Positions 1 through 8,850 are shown, numbered from the stretch's first letter. The stretch: 64,000 nt of DNA from Patescibacteria group bacterium (GCA_004297205.1 SCUL01000002.1:722893-786892), one strand, 5' to 3'. A program made the numbers and translations. Notes: generated by a model not told the origin, from the letters alone.

Positions 1-285
1 GCCGCTGAGAAAGCCGAAGCGACGTTCGTCTCTGTCTTCCAGAAACGCGAAACTCCCGCGGACGTCGTTGAGATGCGCGCGAAGAACAATCAGTCCCTTG
101 TCGATCTCCTCATCGTCGCCAAACTCGCCGCCTCGAAGTCCGAGGCGCGTCGGCTGGTGGAACAGAACGGCGTGAAACTCGACGGTGCCGTCGCCGCAGA
201 CCCCACCGCCGTGATCACTCTGCCCAAGTCGGGCGTTCTGCTTCAGAAGGGCAAGCGTCACTTCGTCCGCGTCATCCCCTCGTAA
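1..285 (+). CDS. tyrS: tyrosyl-tRNA synthetase, C-terminal fragment; the 5' end lies outside the window
   Basis: The window opens inside an ORF in frame 1. The C-terminal residues (LVDLLIVAKLAASKSEARRLVEQNGVKLDG) fit the S4-like RNA-binding tail of bacterial TyrRS. Stop is at 283-285. Confidence 0.65.
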   Translation, partial: AAEKAEATFVSVFQKRETPADVVEMRAKNNQSLVDLLIVAKLAASKSEARRLVEQNGVKLDGAVAADPTAVITLPKSGVLLQKGKRHFVRVIPS

Positions 286-286
286 C

Positions 287-2035
287 ATGCTGCCGCCGCT
301 GCTCGTCACGGAGGCGCTCGCGCTCCTGCGCGGGACGCTGTCCCACGACATCGACCTGACCCCGGAACTGTTTTCCGCGCCGCCGGATCCCAAACTGGGC
401 GATCTGGCGTTCGGCTGTTTCCCCGTGGCCAAGGCCAGCGGCAAAAATCCGGTCCTCGTCGCCAAAGACCTGGTCGACGACCTGACGCCGCGCCTCGTGG
501 AGACCAAGGGGCTCATCGCGCGCGTCGCCGCCAGCGGTCCGTACCTGAATTTTTTCGTCGACGGGGAGAAGCTCGTCGCCGCGGCGCTGTCCGCCAAGGC
601 CAAGCCGCTCCCCGCGCCGTTGCCGAAAGGCGAGCGGCGGAAGATGCTCATCGAATACGCCAATCCCAACACGCACAAGGACGTCCACGTCGGGCATCTG
701 CGCAACTTCGTGCTCGGCGCGGCGGTCATCCGGCTGGAGCGAACCCTCGGCCACGAAGTCATCGGCGTGTCCTACATCAACGACCTCGGCAACAACGTCG
801 CCAAGTGTTTGTGGGCGGTGGTGCGCACGGCCGGCTGGGAGAAAACGCCGGCGCCGGAGCGCGTCCGCTTTTTGGACAAGGCCTACGTCGAAGCCACGGC
901 CGCGGCGGAAGCCGACACGGCGGTGCGCGCCGAGATTTCGCACATTCAGAAGACGCTCGAGCGCTTCCATGCCGAAGGACTCACGGCGATTCCGCCCAAA
1001 GACCGCGTCTGGATCAAAGTCTGGAAGACGACGCATGCCTGGTCCAAGGCCGCCTTGAACGCCGTCATCAAAGAACTTGGCTGGGAAATCGACAAGCAGT
1101 GGTTCGAGAGCGAACTGATCGCCGAGACGGTCAAGATCGTGGCCGATCTCGAGGCCAAAGGCATCGCCCGCGCTTCCGAAGGCGCGCTGATCGTGGATCT
1201 CGCCGACGAAAAGCTCGGCGTGAATTTGCTGCGTAAGACCGACGGCACGCTGCTCTATAATGCCAAGGACATCGCGCTCGCCTTGCGCAAGGAAGCGGCC
1301 TATCATCCCGACGAATCGGTCTACGTCATCGATGCGCGCCAGTCGCTGGCCATGAAACAGCTTTTCGCCACGCTGCGGCGCATGGGCCACGACTTGGCGC
1401 TGCGCCATTTGGCGTATGAATTCGTGACGCTGCCCGAGGGTGCCATGAGTTCGCGCAAAGGCAACGTCATCTACTACGCCGATTTTCGGAACGACGTCAT
1501 CACGCGCGCCAAAGAGGAGGTCGTGCAGCGCCACGAGGATTGGAGCGCTGCCAAGGCACAAAGCGCGGCGCGCGCCATGGCTATGGGCGGCATCGTCTTT
1601 GCGCTCTTGAAACAGGATCCGGACAAGCAGATCGTCTTTGATGTGGACGAGGCCGTCTCCTTCGACGGCTACACCGGTCCGTACATCCAGTACACGGCGG
1701 CGCGCATTTCGAGCCTGGCCCGCAAAGCCGGCGCGCAGAAGGCTTCCCGATCAAAAGGCACCGCGCCGGTCGTCGATGCCGAGCTGCGCCTGGCCTTCGC
1801 GCTCCTACAATTCCCGGCCGCGGTGCGCGCCGCGGCGGAGGGGTATCGGCCGAGCGTGCTCTGCCAGGAACTCTTCGAGCTTTGCAAAACGTTCGCCGTG
1901 TTTTACGAACAGGCGCCGATCCTCACGTCCGAACCGGCGGTCCGCTCGCGCCGGCTCGCGCTTTCCAAGAAAGTGCGCGAGACGCTCGTCGCGGGCTGTG
2001 CGCTCATCGGCCTGCCGCTCGTCGAGGAGATGTAG
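287..2035 (+). CDS. argS: arginyl-tRNA synthetase
   Basis: 582 aa with a class I HVGH motif (HVGHLRNFVLG), a KMSKS-like MSSRKG and a DALR-type anticodon-binding C-terminus. The ATG follows the tyrS stop by 1 nt. Confidence 0.9.
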   Translation: MLPPLLVTEALALLRGTLSHDIDLTPELFSAPPDPKLGDLAFGCFPVAKASGKNPVLVAKDLVDDLTPRLVETKGLIARVAASGPYLNFFVDGEKLVAAALSAKAKPLPAPLPKGERRKMLIEYANPNTHKDVHVGHLRNFVLGAAVIRLERTLGHEVIGVSYINDLGNNVAKCLWAVVRTAGWEKTPAPERVRFLDKAYVEATAAAEADTAVRAEISHIQKTLERFHAEGLTAIPPKDRVWIKVWKTTHAWSKAALNAVIKELGWEIDKQWFESELIAETVKIVADLEAKGIARASEGALIVDLADEKLGVNLLRKTDGTLLYNAKDIALALRKEAAYHPDESVYVIDARQSLAMKQLFATLRRMGHDLALRHLAYEFVTLPEGAMSSRKGNVIYYADFRNDVITRAKEEVVQRHEDWSAAKAQSAARAMAMGGIVFALLKQDPDKQIVFDVDEAVSFDGYTGPYIQYTAARISSLARKAGAQKASRSKGTAPVVDAELRLAFALLQFPAAVRAAAEGYRPSVLCQELFELCKTFAVFYEQAPILTSEPAVRSRRLALSKKVRETLVAGCALIGLPLVEEM

Positions 2036-2077
2036 TAGCATGTCGGCGGCGCTGACGGTCACGCGCCGGAGGAAACC

Positions 2078-2722
2078 ATGGAGAATCTCACGTACCGGCA
2101 CGCCACGCAGGCGGACGCCGAAGCCCTGGCCGCGCTCGACGCGCGCGTCTGGGGAGAGATGGCCGCACCGATCGACTGGATCCGCGCGCGCTTGCAGCGC
2201 TTCGCGGACGGCACGATCGTCGCCGAGCGGGACGGCGCGATCGTCGGTTCGGCCGTCACGGTCTGCATCAAGGGGTTCGACCCGGACGCGCCGGGCCTTA
2301 CCTGGATGCACTGCACGGGCAACGGCACGCTCGAGAACCACGATCCGGAGGGGGAGACCGTCTACGGCGTGAACTTCTCGGTGCCGGAGGACGAACCGCC
2401 GGGCGTCGGTTCGGAGATGCTGCGGATCATCCTGCGCGACCTGATCGTCGGCGGGAAGAAGCGCCGCGGCATGGTCGGCTGCCGGCTGCCGGGATTCGCC
2501 GCCGCGAAGTCGGCCAACCCCGAGCTCACGGCCGAGCAGTACTTCTTCGCGGACCGTGAGGACGGCAAGCCGCGCGATCCGCACGTCCGCCTCTTTCACG
2601 AGGTGACGTACGACGACGTGCGCTTCGAGCGCGTGCGGCCGCTGCCCGGGTACTTTGAGGATCCGGAGTCCCTCGACCACGGCGGACTCCTGATCTGGAA
2701 GAACCCGCACTGGCAGGAGTGA
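2078..2722 (+). CDS. GNAT-family N-acetyltransferase-like protein
   Basis: 214 aa with a GGAGG RBS upstream and an acetyl-CoA binding-like motif (VGSEMLRIIL). The overall fold assignment is inferred. Confidence 0.45.
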   Translation: MENLTYRHATQADAEALAALDARVWGEMAAPIDWIRARLQRFADGTIVAERDGAIVGSAVTVCIKGFDPDAPGLTWMHCTGNGTLENHDPEGETVYGVNFSVPEDEPPGVGSEMLRIILRDLIVGGKKRRGMVGCRLPGFAAAKSANPELTAEQYFFADREDGKPRDPHVRLFHEVTYDDVRFERVRPLPGYFEDPESLDHGGLLIWKNPHWQE

Positions 2723-2744
2723 GTCGGACGCGGCAGGTCGCCGC

Positions 2745-2805
2745 GGGACGCCACACGGCGTCCGCTTTTTTAAAAAAAGACGCCGCGTGGTGCGGCGCGG
2801 CGTGC
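2745..2805. terminator. bidirectional rho-independent terminator between convergent genes
   Basis: GGGACGCC-ACAC-GGCGTCC hairpin is followed by TTTTTT/AAAAAAA and then a second hairpin ACGCCGCG..CGCGGCGT. Confidence 0.5.
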
Positions 2806-2829
2806 ATACCGGCGATGTCCTCCGGCAAC

Positions 2830-4041
2830 CTACGCCATGCGGGAGTCCGGGGGGCGGCTGCGGTCAGCCGTCTCCCGTTCCCACGCCGTCCGGCATGCGC
2901 AGGAGGGGAGGGTCTCCGGCGCGAAGGCCGCGGGATCCAGGGTCGTGCGCCACCGGCCGATGCGCGCGAGGAGCTCCGCGCGGCATACCGGACAGTTCCG
3001 ATCGCTCGGGCTGCGCATGGGCGGCGGGATCTCCGTCTCCCAGGCGCCGAGCATCACCGGACCGAGCGGCGCGGTGTCGCGCAGGATCTCCGCGATGCTC
3101 CAGAGCGACGGCGGTTCGAAGCCCCGGTCGCGGTGCCATTCGTACATCAGGTTCTTGTCCCCCTTGGTGCCATCGGGGTCCGCGTTCACGATGTAGGTGG
3201 CCTGGAGCTGGATTTCGTCCGCGCCGGCGGCGAAGGCAAAGCGGATGGAGGCCTCGGCTTCCTCGATCCCCCAGCCCTCGGTGACGACGTGGTGCGGCTT
3301 GATCATCAGGTAGATCGAGACGCGTGCGCCGAGACGCTTGAGCAGGGTGATTTTCTCCTCCAGCCCGCGCTTGGACATGCCCTTGCGCAGCATCCGGCGG
3401 AGCTGATCGTCCTGGGTCTCGAATCCGATGACGACATCGAGCGTCTTGCCGCCGAGCGCGGCGATGACCGGCGCGACCGCCGTTTCTTCGATGTATTCGA
3501 GCCGCGATTCCACCCGCAGGATGCGGATGTTGTCTTGGGCTGCGACCGCCTTCGCGATGCCGCGCTGCGTCTCCTCCGGGATTTCCCCGGCGTTGAAGAA
3601 GCTGCCCGCCGTGAAGACGTTCAGCATCGTCACGCGGTCGCGGATCGTCTGGAAGCTGGCCCCGAACAGGCGGAGGAACTCGGCCGCGTCGAGCGGCAGG
3701 TTCCCCACGTACCGGTCCACGGCCCTCTGGAACGGACAGAAGGTGCAGCCCTCATGCTCTTCGAGCGCCCAGGCGCAGCCGCCGGGCAGGATCACGAAGC
3801 CGTAAGTGCCTACCCGTCCAAGCTGCGGGACGAGTCGGTCCTCGTGGAAGCAGAGCTGCTCGCCGGCCAGGCCGTTGAGCGTCTGCCGCGCACCCTCACT
3901 GCCGCGCAGGAGGCGAACCGCGGGGACGACCACGAGGTCGGCCGCGAGATTCACCAACCGCCGGTTCCAGAATTCCCCAAAGAACGCTGCGGACTTCTCG
4001 GGCACCGGGGCCCGCACCCCACGCTTGGACTGCTTGCTCAT
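2830..4041 (-). CDS. radical SAM protein, TIGR01212/YhcC-like family
   Basis: Cys motif GGCAWALEEHEGCTFCPF resembles the YhcC GGCTFC cluster. A second YhcC-like block is TQDDQLRRMLRKGMSKRG. Start chosen at MSKQSKRG (GGAGGA RBS) rather than the upstream M of the ORF track. Confidence 0.65.
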   Translation of the reverse strand: MSKQSKRGVRAPVPEKSAAFFGEFWNRRLVNLAADLVVVPAVRLLRGSEGARQTLNGLAGEQLCFHEDRLVPQLGRVGTYGFVILPGGCAWALEEHEGCTFCPFQRAVDRYVGNLPLDAAEFLRLFGASFQTIRDRVTMLNVFTAGSFFNAGEIPEETQRGIAKAVAAQDNIRILRVESRLEYIEETAVAPVIAALGGKTLDVVIGFETQDDQLRRMLRKGMSKRGLEEKITLLKRLGARVSIYLMIKPHHVVTEGWGIEEAEASIRFAFAAGADEIQLQATYIVNADPDGTKGDKNLMYEWHRDRGFEPPSLWSIAEILRDTAPLGPVMLGAWETEIPPPMRSPSDRNCPVCRAELLARIGRWRTTLDPAAFAPETLPSCACRTAWERETADRSRPPDSRMA

Positions 4042-4121
4042 CTGTTCCTCCGTGTTTCCTCCGTGTCCGCAGGCCACTGTAGCACGTTTGGGCGGAGGTC
4101 AAGATATGCTACCCTTGTGCC

Positions 4122-5741
4122 ATGAACATAGGGGGATACGTCAGTTTCGGCGCGCTCTGTTTTTTGATCGCCTGCCTCGGTGTCGTGATTTTGTTGCGGG
4201 GCAGGCACAGCAAGGTGCACCGGACGTTCTTTTTTTTCACGGCGGCGATCCTGACGTGGATGTTCAGCAACTTCTTCGAGAACGACCCCGTCGTTCCCGA
4301 ACCTCTGCGCATCTTCCTTCTGGAAGTCGACTTCGCCGCCGCACTCGTGTCCGGTTTTTTCTTCTGGGTGTTCAGCCGGAATTTTCCGCGGAAGCATCCG
4401 AACCAGCGGACGGAGCTCTACGCGTTTTTGCCCGTCATCGTCTTCGCCATCCTGGCCTTCACGCCGCTCGTCGCGTCACGCGTCACCTTTCCGAACGACG
4501 TCCTGAACTTCGAACTCGGCGCCGCGTTTCCGCTTTATGGCGCCGCGCTTTTTGGCTACTACGCGGCCGGTCTCTGGAACCTGTTGAAAAAATTCCGCCG
4601 CGCGGACGGGGTGGAACGACGGCAGCTCGCGTTCGTGCTCGGGGGGTTCAGCGTTTCCGTGGCGATCGGACTCACGATGAACTTGCTGCTGCAGAACGTC
4701 GTTCCCCTCGAAGTCTTCCGTCTGGGCGTGTACGGCATCATCTTCATCGTCCTGGGGATGGGATACGCCGTCGTCAAACATCACCTGTTCGACATCAAGA
4801 TCATCGCCGCCGAGGTCACGGCGTTCCTGATCACCGCCATCCTGTTCGGCCAGATCTTCTTCTCGACCGGGTTGTCGGAGGCGATCAACCGGACGGCGTT
4901 GTTCCTCGCGGTCTATGTCTTGATGGTCGCCTTCGTCCGCAGCGTCATTCTGGAAGTCCACCGCCGTGAAGACGTTCAGCGCCTGGCCGAAGACCTGCGG
5001 CTCGCCAACACCAAGCTCCAGGAGCTGACCGAGATGAAAACGAACTTCATCTCGGTCGCCAGCCATCAGCTGCGGGCGCCGATCGGCGGCGTGCGCGGCT
5101 ACCTCTCCATGCTGCGCGACGGCGACTTTGGCGAGCTGGGCAAGAAGATCGACGACCTGCTTGACCTGAACATCGACACGTTGAACCACCTGTTGCATGT
5201 CATTGAGACGTTCCTGAACGTCACCCGCATCGAAGCCGGAAAGATGGACCTGAACAAGGAGCCGGTTGATATGTGCGCCATGACCCGGGGCATCTACAAA
5301 GAGCTGGCGCTGACCGCGTCGCGCAAGAAGATCCGTCTCGTCTTGTCCTGCCCGCTGAAGAGCGCCACGGTCCGCGCCGACAAGGAGAAACTGCGCAACG
5401 TCATTTTCAACCTGGTGGAGAACGCCCTGAAGTACACCGAGCACGGCACCATCAAGACGATCATCGACGTCGGACCGAAACGCGTCGAGATGCGCGTCAC
5501 GGACACCGGCATCGGCATCGCGCCGAAGGAGGCGCCTCAGTTGTTCGCCAAGTTCGTCCGCGCCGGCGGCGGCCTCAAGATTTCTCACGGTTCCGGCCTC
5601 GGCCTCTATATTGTGAAGATGCTGATCGAAGCCCACGGCGGCGACGTGTTCGTGGAAAGTCCGGGTGCGGGCCTGGGTTCGACCTTCGGATTCCGGATGC
5701 CGGTCGGCAAAGCGCGCAGGGGGGATGGCGCGGCGTTTTGA
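4122..5741 (+). CDS. membrane sensor histidine kinase
   Basis: Multi-TM N-terminus, H-box SHQLRAPIGGVRGYL and HATPase_c motifs (NLVENALKYT, DTGIGI, GSGLGLYIV). No response regulator adjacent. Confidence 0.85.
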   Translation: MNIGGYVSFGALCFLIACLGVVILLRGRHSKVHRTFFFFTAAILTWMFSNFFENDPVVPEPLRIFLLEVDFAAALVSGFFFWVFSRNFPRKHPNQRTELYAFLPVIVFAILAFTPLVASRVTFPNDVLNFELGAAFPLYGAALFGYYAAGLWNLLKKFRRADGVERRQLAFVLGGFSVSVAIGLTMNLLLQNVVPLEVFRLGVYGIIFIVLGMGYAVVKHHLFDIKIIAAEVTAFLITAILFGQIFFSTGLSEAINRTALFLAVYVLMVAFVRSVILEVHRREDVQRLAEDLRLANTKLQELTEMKTNFISVASHQLRAPIGGVRGYLSMLRDGDFGELGKKIDDLLDLNIDTLNHLLHVIETFLNVTRIEAGKMDLNKEPVDMCAMTRGIYKELALTASRKKIRLVLSCPLKSATVRADKEKLRNVIFNLVENALKYTEHGTIKTIIDVGPKRVEMRVTDTGIGIAPKEAPQLFAKFVRAGGGLKISHGSGLGLYIVKMLIEAHGGDVFVESPGAGLGSTFGFRMPVGKARRGDGAAF

Positions 5742-5796
5742 CGCTGATTTTCCGGGACTGTTATACTGCGGGCGTATCCTTCGCGCCCGACCCCGT

Positions 5797-6207
5797 ATGT
5801 TCAAGCCTGCTGCACGCCCTGAATCCGCCAACAACGACACGGTTATTGCCGCCGGCGTCAAAGTCGAGGGTGATTTCACGTCGGCCGGCAACATCATCAT
5901 CGACGGCGAAGTCTCCGGTACGCTGCGCACCGACATGGATCTCGTGGTCGGCCCCGAAGCCAAGATCACGGCGAACGTCACGGCCCGCAATGCCCGCATC
6001 GCCGGCGAAGTCCACGGAAACCTGTCGGTCAGCGAGCGCGCCGAACTTTCGGCCACGGCCAAGATCTCCGGCGACATCCAGGCGCGCATCCTCGTGATGG
6101 AGGCGGGCGCGGTGTTGAACGGCCGCTGCGCCATGGGCGCCGAGGCGGCCCCGGTCCATATCCCGACCCCCGTTCTGCGCAATCGTCCCGTGAAAGCGGA
6201 ATCTTGA
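5797..6207 (+). CDS. bactofilin family cytoskeletal protein
   Basis: Repetitive beta-helical signature (IIIDGEVSGTL, ITANVTARNARIAGEVHGNLSV) typical of DUF583/bactofilin. Start moved to internal ATG 5797 because the longer ORF overlaps the kinase gene. Confidence 0.7.
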   Translation: MFKPAARPESANNDTVIAAGVKVEGDFTSAGNIIIDGEVSGTLRTDMDLVVGPEAKITANVTARNARIAGEVHGNLSVSERAELSATAKISGDIQARILVMEAGAVLNGRCAMGAEAAPVHIPTPVLRNRPVKAES

Positions 6208-6980
6208 TGTACCAATACGTCTACGACGCCGCACTCTCCGACAAGCGGCATCATCTGGCGCTGACGGCCATCGAGAACCGGCTCACCGACCTGGGCATCC
6301 AGGGAAGGATCGACCGGCTCTCCTTGTTTAAGAATGTCGCCGAGTCCATCGAGGAAGGCGTCCGGCGCGGCGTGACCACGGTCGTGGCGGTCGGCAACGA
6401 CGACACCGTGAAAAAGGTCATGGACGCCGTGCCGCAGTTCGCCGTGACGATGGGCGTGATTCCGATCGGCAAACCCAGCAAGATCGCCCGGCTCTTGGGC
6501 GTGCCCGAGGGCATCGCCGCCTGCGACGTGCTCAGCGCCCGGCTCACCCAGACGCTTGACATCGGGCGCGTGAACGGCCATCATTTCCTCGCCGCGCTGA
6601 GCGTGCCGGCCGGGGCGGTGACCTTGGACTGCGAAGGGCAGTACCGCGTCACGGCGCCGCCGCGCGGACCGGTGCACGTCTGCAACATGACGCCGCTCGA
6701 GACCCTGCTCGACGAAGACGCCGCGCCGATCCACCAGGCGGACCCCTCCGACGGCCTGCTGGAGGCGGTCATCCCGGCACGCCGGGGCATCTTCCGGAGT
6801 GGCGAGGGCGGCAGCAAGACCGTGCTCAACCTGCGGCGCCTCACGATCCGCGCCGAGCGGCCGTTCACCTACGTCGTGGACGGACGCAGTCACTCGGCAC
6901 AGCGCGCCGAAGTAGATGTCCTGCCGGGACGGCTGAAAGTCATCGTCGGGCGGAATCGATTGTTTCGAGTTCCTACGTAA
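6204..6980 (+). CDS. diacylglycerol-kinase-catalytic-domain family lipid kinase (YegS-like), possibly degenerate
   Basis: DAGK_cat-like N-terminus with VVAVGNDDTVKKVMDAV in place of the canonical GGDGT loop. Has an ATGA overlap with the bactofilin stop. Confidence 0.5.
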   Translation: MMYQYVYDAALSDKRHHLALTAIENRLTDLGIQGRIDRLSLFKNVAESIEEGVRRGVTTVVAVGNDDTVKKVMDAVPQFAVTMGVIPIGKPSKIARLLGVPEGIAACDVLSARLTQTLDIGRVNGHHFLAALSVPAGAVTLDCEGQYRVTAPPRGPVHVCNMTPLETLLDEDAAPIHQADPSDGLLEAVIPARRGIFRSGEGGSKTVLNLRRLTIRAERPFTYVVDGRSHSAQRAEVDVLPGRLKVIVGRNRLFRVPT

Positions 6981-6984
6981 ATAC

Positions 6985-7043
6985 GGGCCGGTGGCGGAAC
7001 TGGTATACCTGCCTGCCGGCAGGCAGGCGCGCACGTTTGAGGG
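6985..7043 (+). repeat. duplicated 5' half (nt 1 to about 38) of the downstream tRNA-Leu(GAG), interrupted by a 20-nt perfect palindrome
   Basis: GGGCCGGTGGCGGAACTGGTATAC + CCTGCCTGCCGGCAGGCAGG + CGCGCACGTTTGAGGG matches tRNA positions 1-24 and 25-38 of the intact gene at 7279-7363. The copy ends in the anticodon loop, 3 nt before the GIY-YIG ATG. Confidence 0.8.
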
Positions 7044-7046
7044 AAC

Positions 7047-7277
7047 ATGCCTTACTTCGTCTACGCCCTGCAAAGTGAGAAGGACGGCCGTCTCTATATC
7101 GGCATGACGAGAGACGTGCAGAAACGTTTGTCGCAGCACAATGCGGGTAAGACCCAATCGACTCGCTTCTATCGTCCCTACGTCCTTCTGCGTTTTGCCG
7201 AGGTTCCGAATCGCCTAGCGGCGCGGGCACTCGAAAAAGAGTGGAAGTCGGGGTCTGGGAGAGCGTCCATCAAATAA
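7047..7277 (+). CDS. small GIY-YIG nuclease family protein (YhbQ/COG2827-like)
   Basis: 76 aa with FVYAL...GRLYIGMTRDVQKRLSQHN matching the GIY...YIG...R...H(N) catalytic core. The stop codon is 1 nt before tRNA-Leu. Confidence 0.8.
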   Translation: MPYFVYALQSEKDGRLYIGMTRDVQKRLSQHNAGKTQSTRFYRPYVLLRFAEVPNRLAARALEKEWKSGSGRASIK

Positions 7278-7278
7278 T

Positions 7279-7363
7279 GGGCCGGTGGCGGAACTGGTAT
7301 ACGCGCACGTTTGAGGGGCGTGTGCCGCAAGGCTTGAGGGTTCGAGTCCCTCTCGGCCCACCA
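7279..7363 (+). tRNA. tRNA-Leu(GAG), type II with long variable arm, CCA encoded
   Basis: Manual fold: acceptor GGGCCGG/TCGGCCC, anticodon stem CACGT/GCGTG, loop TTGAGGG (anticodon GAG), variable arm GCC-GCAA-GGC, T-arm GAGGG-TTCGAGT-CCCTC. Length 85 nt. Confidence 0.85.
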
Positions 7364-7372
7364 GAAAAGGCG

Positions 7373-7402
7373 TCTCATGCGAGGCGTCTTTTCTTTTTGC
7401 GG
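7373..7402 (+). terminator. putative terminator after tRNA-Leu
   Basis: CGTCTC-ATGC-GAGGCG hairpin (one G:U pair) followed by TCTTTTCTTTTT. Confidence 0.35.
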
Positions 7403-7462
7403 CGTCCGGACGTTGCCTGAGGTGCGCCGCGGGAGTATCCTGAACGTGGAGGACGCGGGCCT

Positions 7463-7538
7463 GGGCTCGTAGCTCAGCGGTTAGAGCGTCTCGTTTACAC
7501 CGAGAAGGTCCTCCGTTCGAATCGGAGCGGGCCCACCA
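7463..7538 (+). tRNA. tRNA-Val(TAC), CCA encoded
   Basis: Manual fold: acceptor GGGCTCG/CGGGCCC, D-arm GCTC..GAGC, anticodon stem TCTCG/CGAGA, loop TTTACAC (anticodon TAC), T-arm CTCCG-TTCGAAT-CGGAG. Length 76 nt. Confidence 0.85.
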
Positions 7539-7553
7539 GAAACATTTCCTTTC

Positions 7554-7793
7554 ATGCGCTATCTCTTCGGCATCCTCGGCATCGTGCTCGGCATGATCCT
7601 CGTCATCAAGTCGGAGTGGTTCTTCACCTTCTTCGGCCGCATCGATTTCGCCGACAAATATCTCGGCACCGAGGGCGGGACGCGCCTCATGTATAAGCTG
7701 ATCGGCATCCTGTTCGTCCTCCTGTCGCTGCTCTACATGACCGGCGGCATCGAAAGTTTCCTGAAAGCGGTCTTCATCCCGGGCGGCGTGTGA
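7554..7793 (+). CDS. small hypothetical membrane protein (2 TM)
   Basis: 79 aa with two hydrophobic helices; no recognisable family. Confidence 0.4.
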   Translation: MRYLFGILGIVLGMILVIKSEWFFTFFGRIDFADKYLGTEGGTRLMYKLIGILFVLLSLLYMTGGIESFLKAVFIPGGV

Positions 7794-8335
7794 CGCCTAT
7801 GTACATCCCATCGGGCAGCGAGCTGCTGAATCCCGTCACCATCCTCACCGAGGCCGGCGTGCGCGAAGGCATGCACGTCGCGGATTTGGGCTGCGGCGCC
7901 ACGGGACACATCGTCTTTCCGGCATCGCACATGGTCGGCAAGAACGGCATCGTCTACGGCGTCGACATCCTGAAGTCGGCGCTCTCCGGCGTGGAGTCGC
8001 GCGCAAAACTTGAGGGCGTCGCCAACGTCCAGACCGTCTGGAGCGACATTGAAGTCTACGGCGCAACAAAGGTGCCGGAGGCCTCGCTCGACTTGGCCAC
8101 GCTCGTCAACAACCGCCCCAGCCCGGCGATGATGCGCGAGACGGTCCGTCTCATCAAACCCGGCGGCACGCTGGTGGTCGTCGACTGGGTCGTGACCGCC
8201 ACCCCGTTCGGTCCTGCCAGCAAGGAACGCATCGATACCGAGACGGTGAAGCGGATGGCTGCCGATTTGCGCCTGACGCTGACCAAGGAATTCCAGGCGG
8301 GGCAGTATCACTACGGGGTCATCTTTAAGAAATAG
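7790..8335 (+). CDS. class I SAM-dependent methyltransferase
   Basis: Motif I VADLGCGATG and a post-I acidic residue pattern. 181 aa; start overlaps the preceding stop. Confidence 0.7.
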   Translation: MTPMYIPSGSELLNPVTILTEAGVREGMHVADLGCGATGHIVFPASHMVGKNGIVYGVDILKSALSGVESRAKLEGVANVQTVWSDIEVYGATKVPEASLDLATLVNNRPSPAMMRETVRLIKPGGTLVVVDWVVTATPFGPASKERIDTETVKRMAADLRLTLTKEFQAGQYHYGVIFKK

Positions 8336-8420
8336 CGCCCCCTCGCGCTGCGTCGAAAATACGGGGCGTTGTGTGCCGTATTGACGGAAGTTCCCGATTT
8401 CCGGCACACTGCCCGTCGTT

Positions 8421-8840
8421 ATGTTCGATCTGGCACTCCTGCTCTCCCCGGCGTTCTGGTTCTCGATCCGCTGGAACCCCCTGCAACCGAACACGGCGAT
8501 CCTGATGGCCGTGGCCTTTGGCCTGCTCGCGGCCGTCGGCGCGCTGTTGCCCCGCATCGTGGCCCGCGGCCGGCAGATACCGAAGTTCGAGCGCAAGGCC
8601 TGGGCCGGCGTCGGCCGCCCGGCCGTGGCTGCCGGCGTCATGGGGATGTTCTTCACCTTCTGCGCGTACCAGCAGGTGGCGATCCTCTCGGCGCGGTTCT
8701 GGTTCCTGCTCGTCGCCGTCGCCTTCATCGCCGCCGAAGCGCGGGCCATCCGGACGCTGGTGCAGGAAACGCCGCGTCTCAAGGACGATGCCGCCACGCG
8801 CGCCGCGGCCGCCAAATATTTGCCGGGAAAAAACGCCTGA
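8421..8840 (+). CDS. hypothetical membrane protein
   Basis: 139 aa with about 4 hydrophobic helices; no family recognised. Confidence 0.4.
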   Translation: MFDLALLLSPAFWFSIRWNPLQPNTAILMAVAFGLLAAVGALLPRIVARGRQIPKFERKAWAGVGRPAVAAGVMGMFFTFCAYQQVAILSARFWFLLVAVAFIAAEARAIRTLVQETPRLKDDAATRAAAAKYLPGKNA

Positions 8841-8850
8841 CGCTTTGCCC

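Noticed and set aside
5665-5796. Upstream extension of the bactofilin ORF
   Set aside because: It overlaps the 3' end of the kinase gene in another frame. The conserved bactofilin core starts after ATG 5797.
4476-7157. 893-aa minus-strand ORF
   Set aside because: It lies antisense to the well-supported kinase, bactofilin and lipid-kinase genes, has no family features, and has Arg/Ala/Gly-rich composition typical of high-GC frame artefacts.
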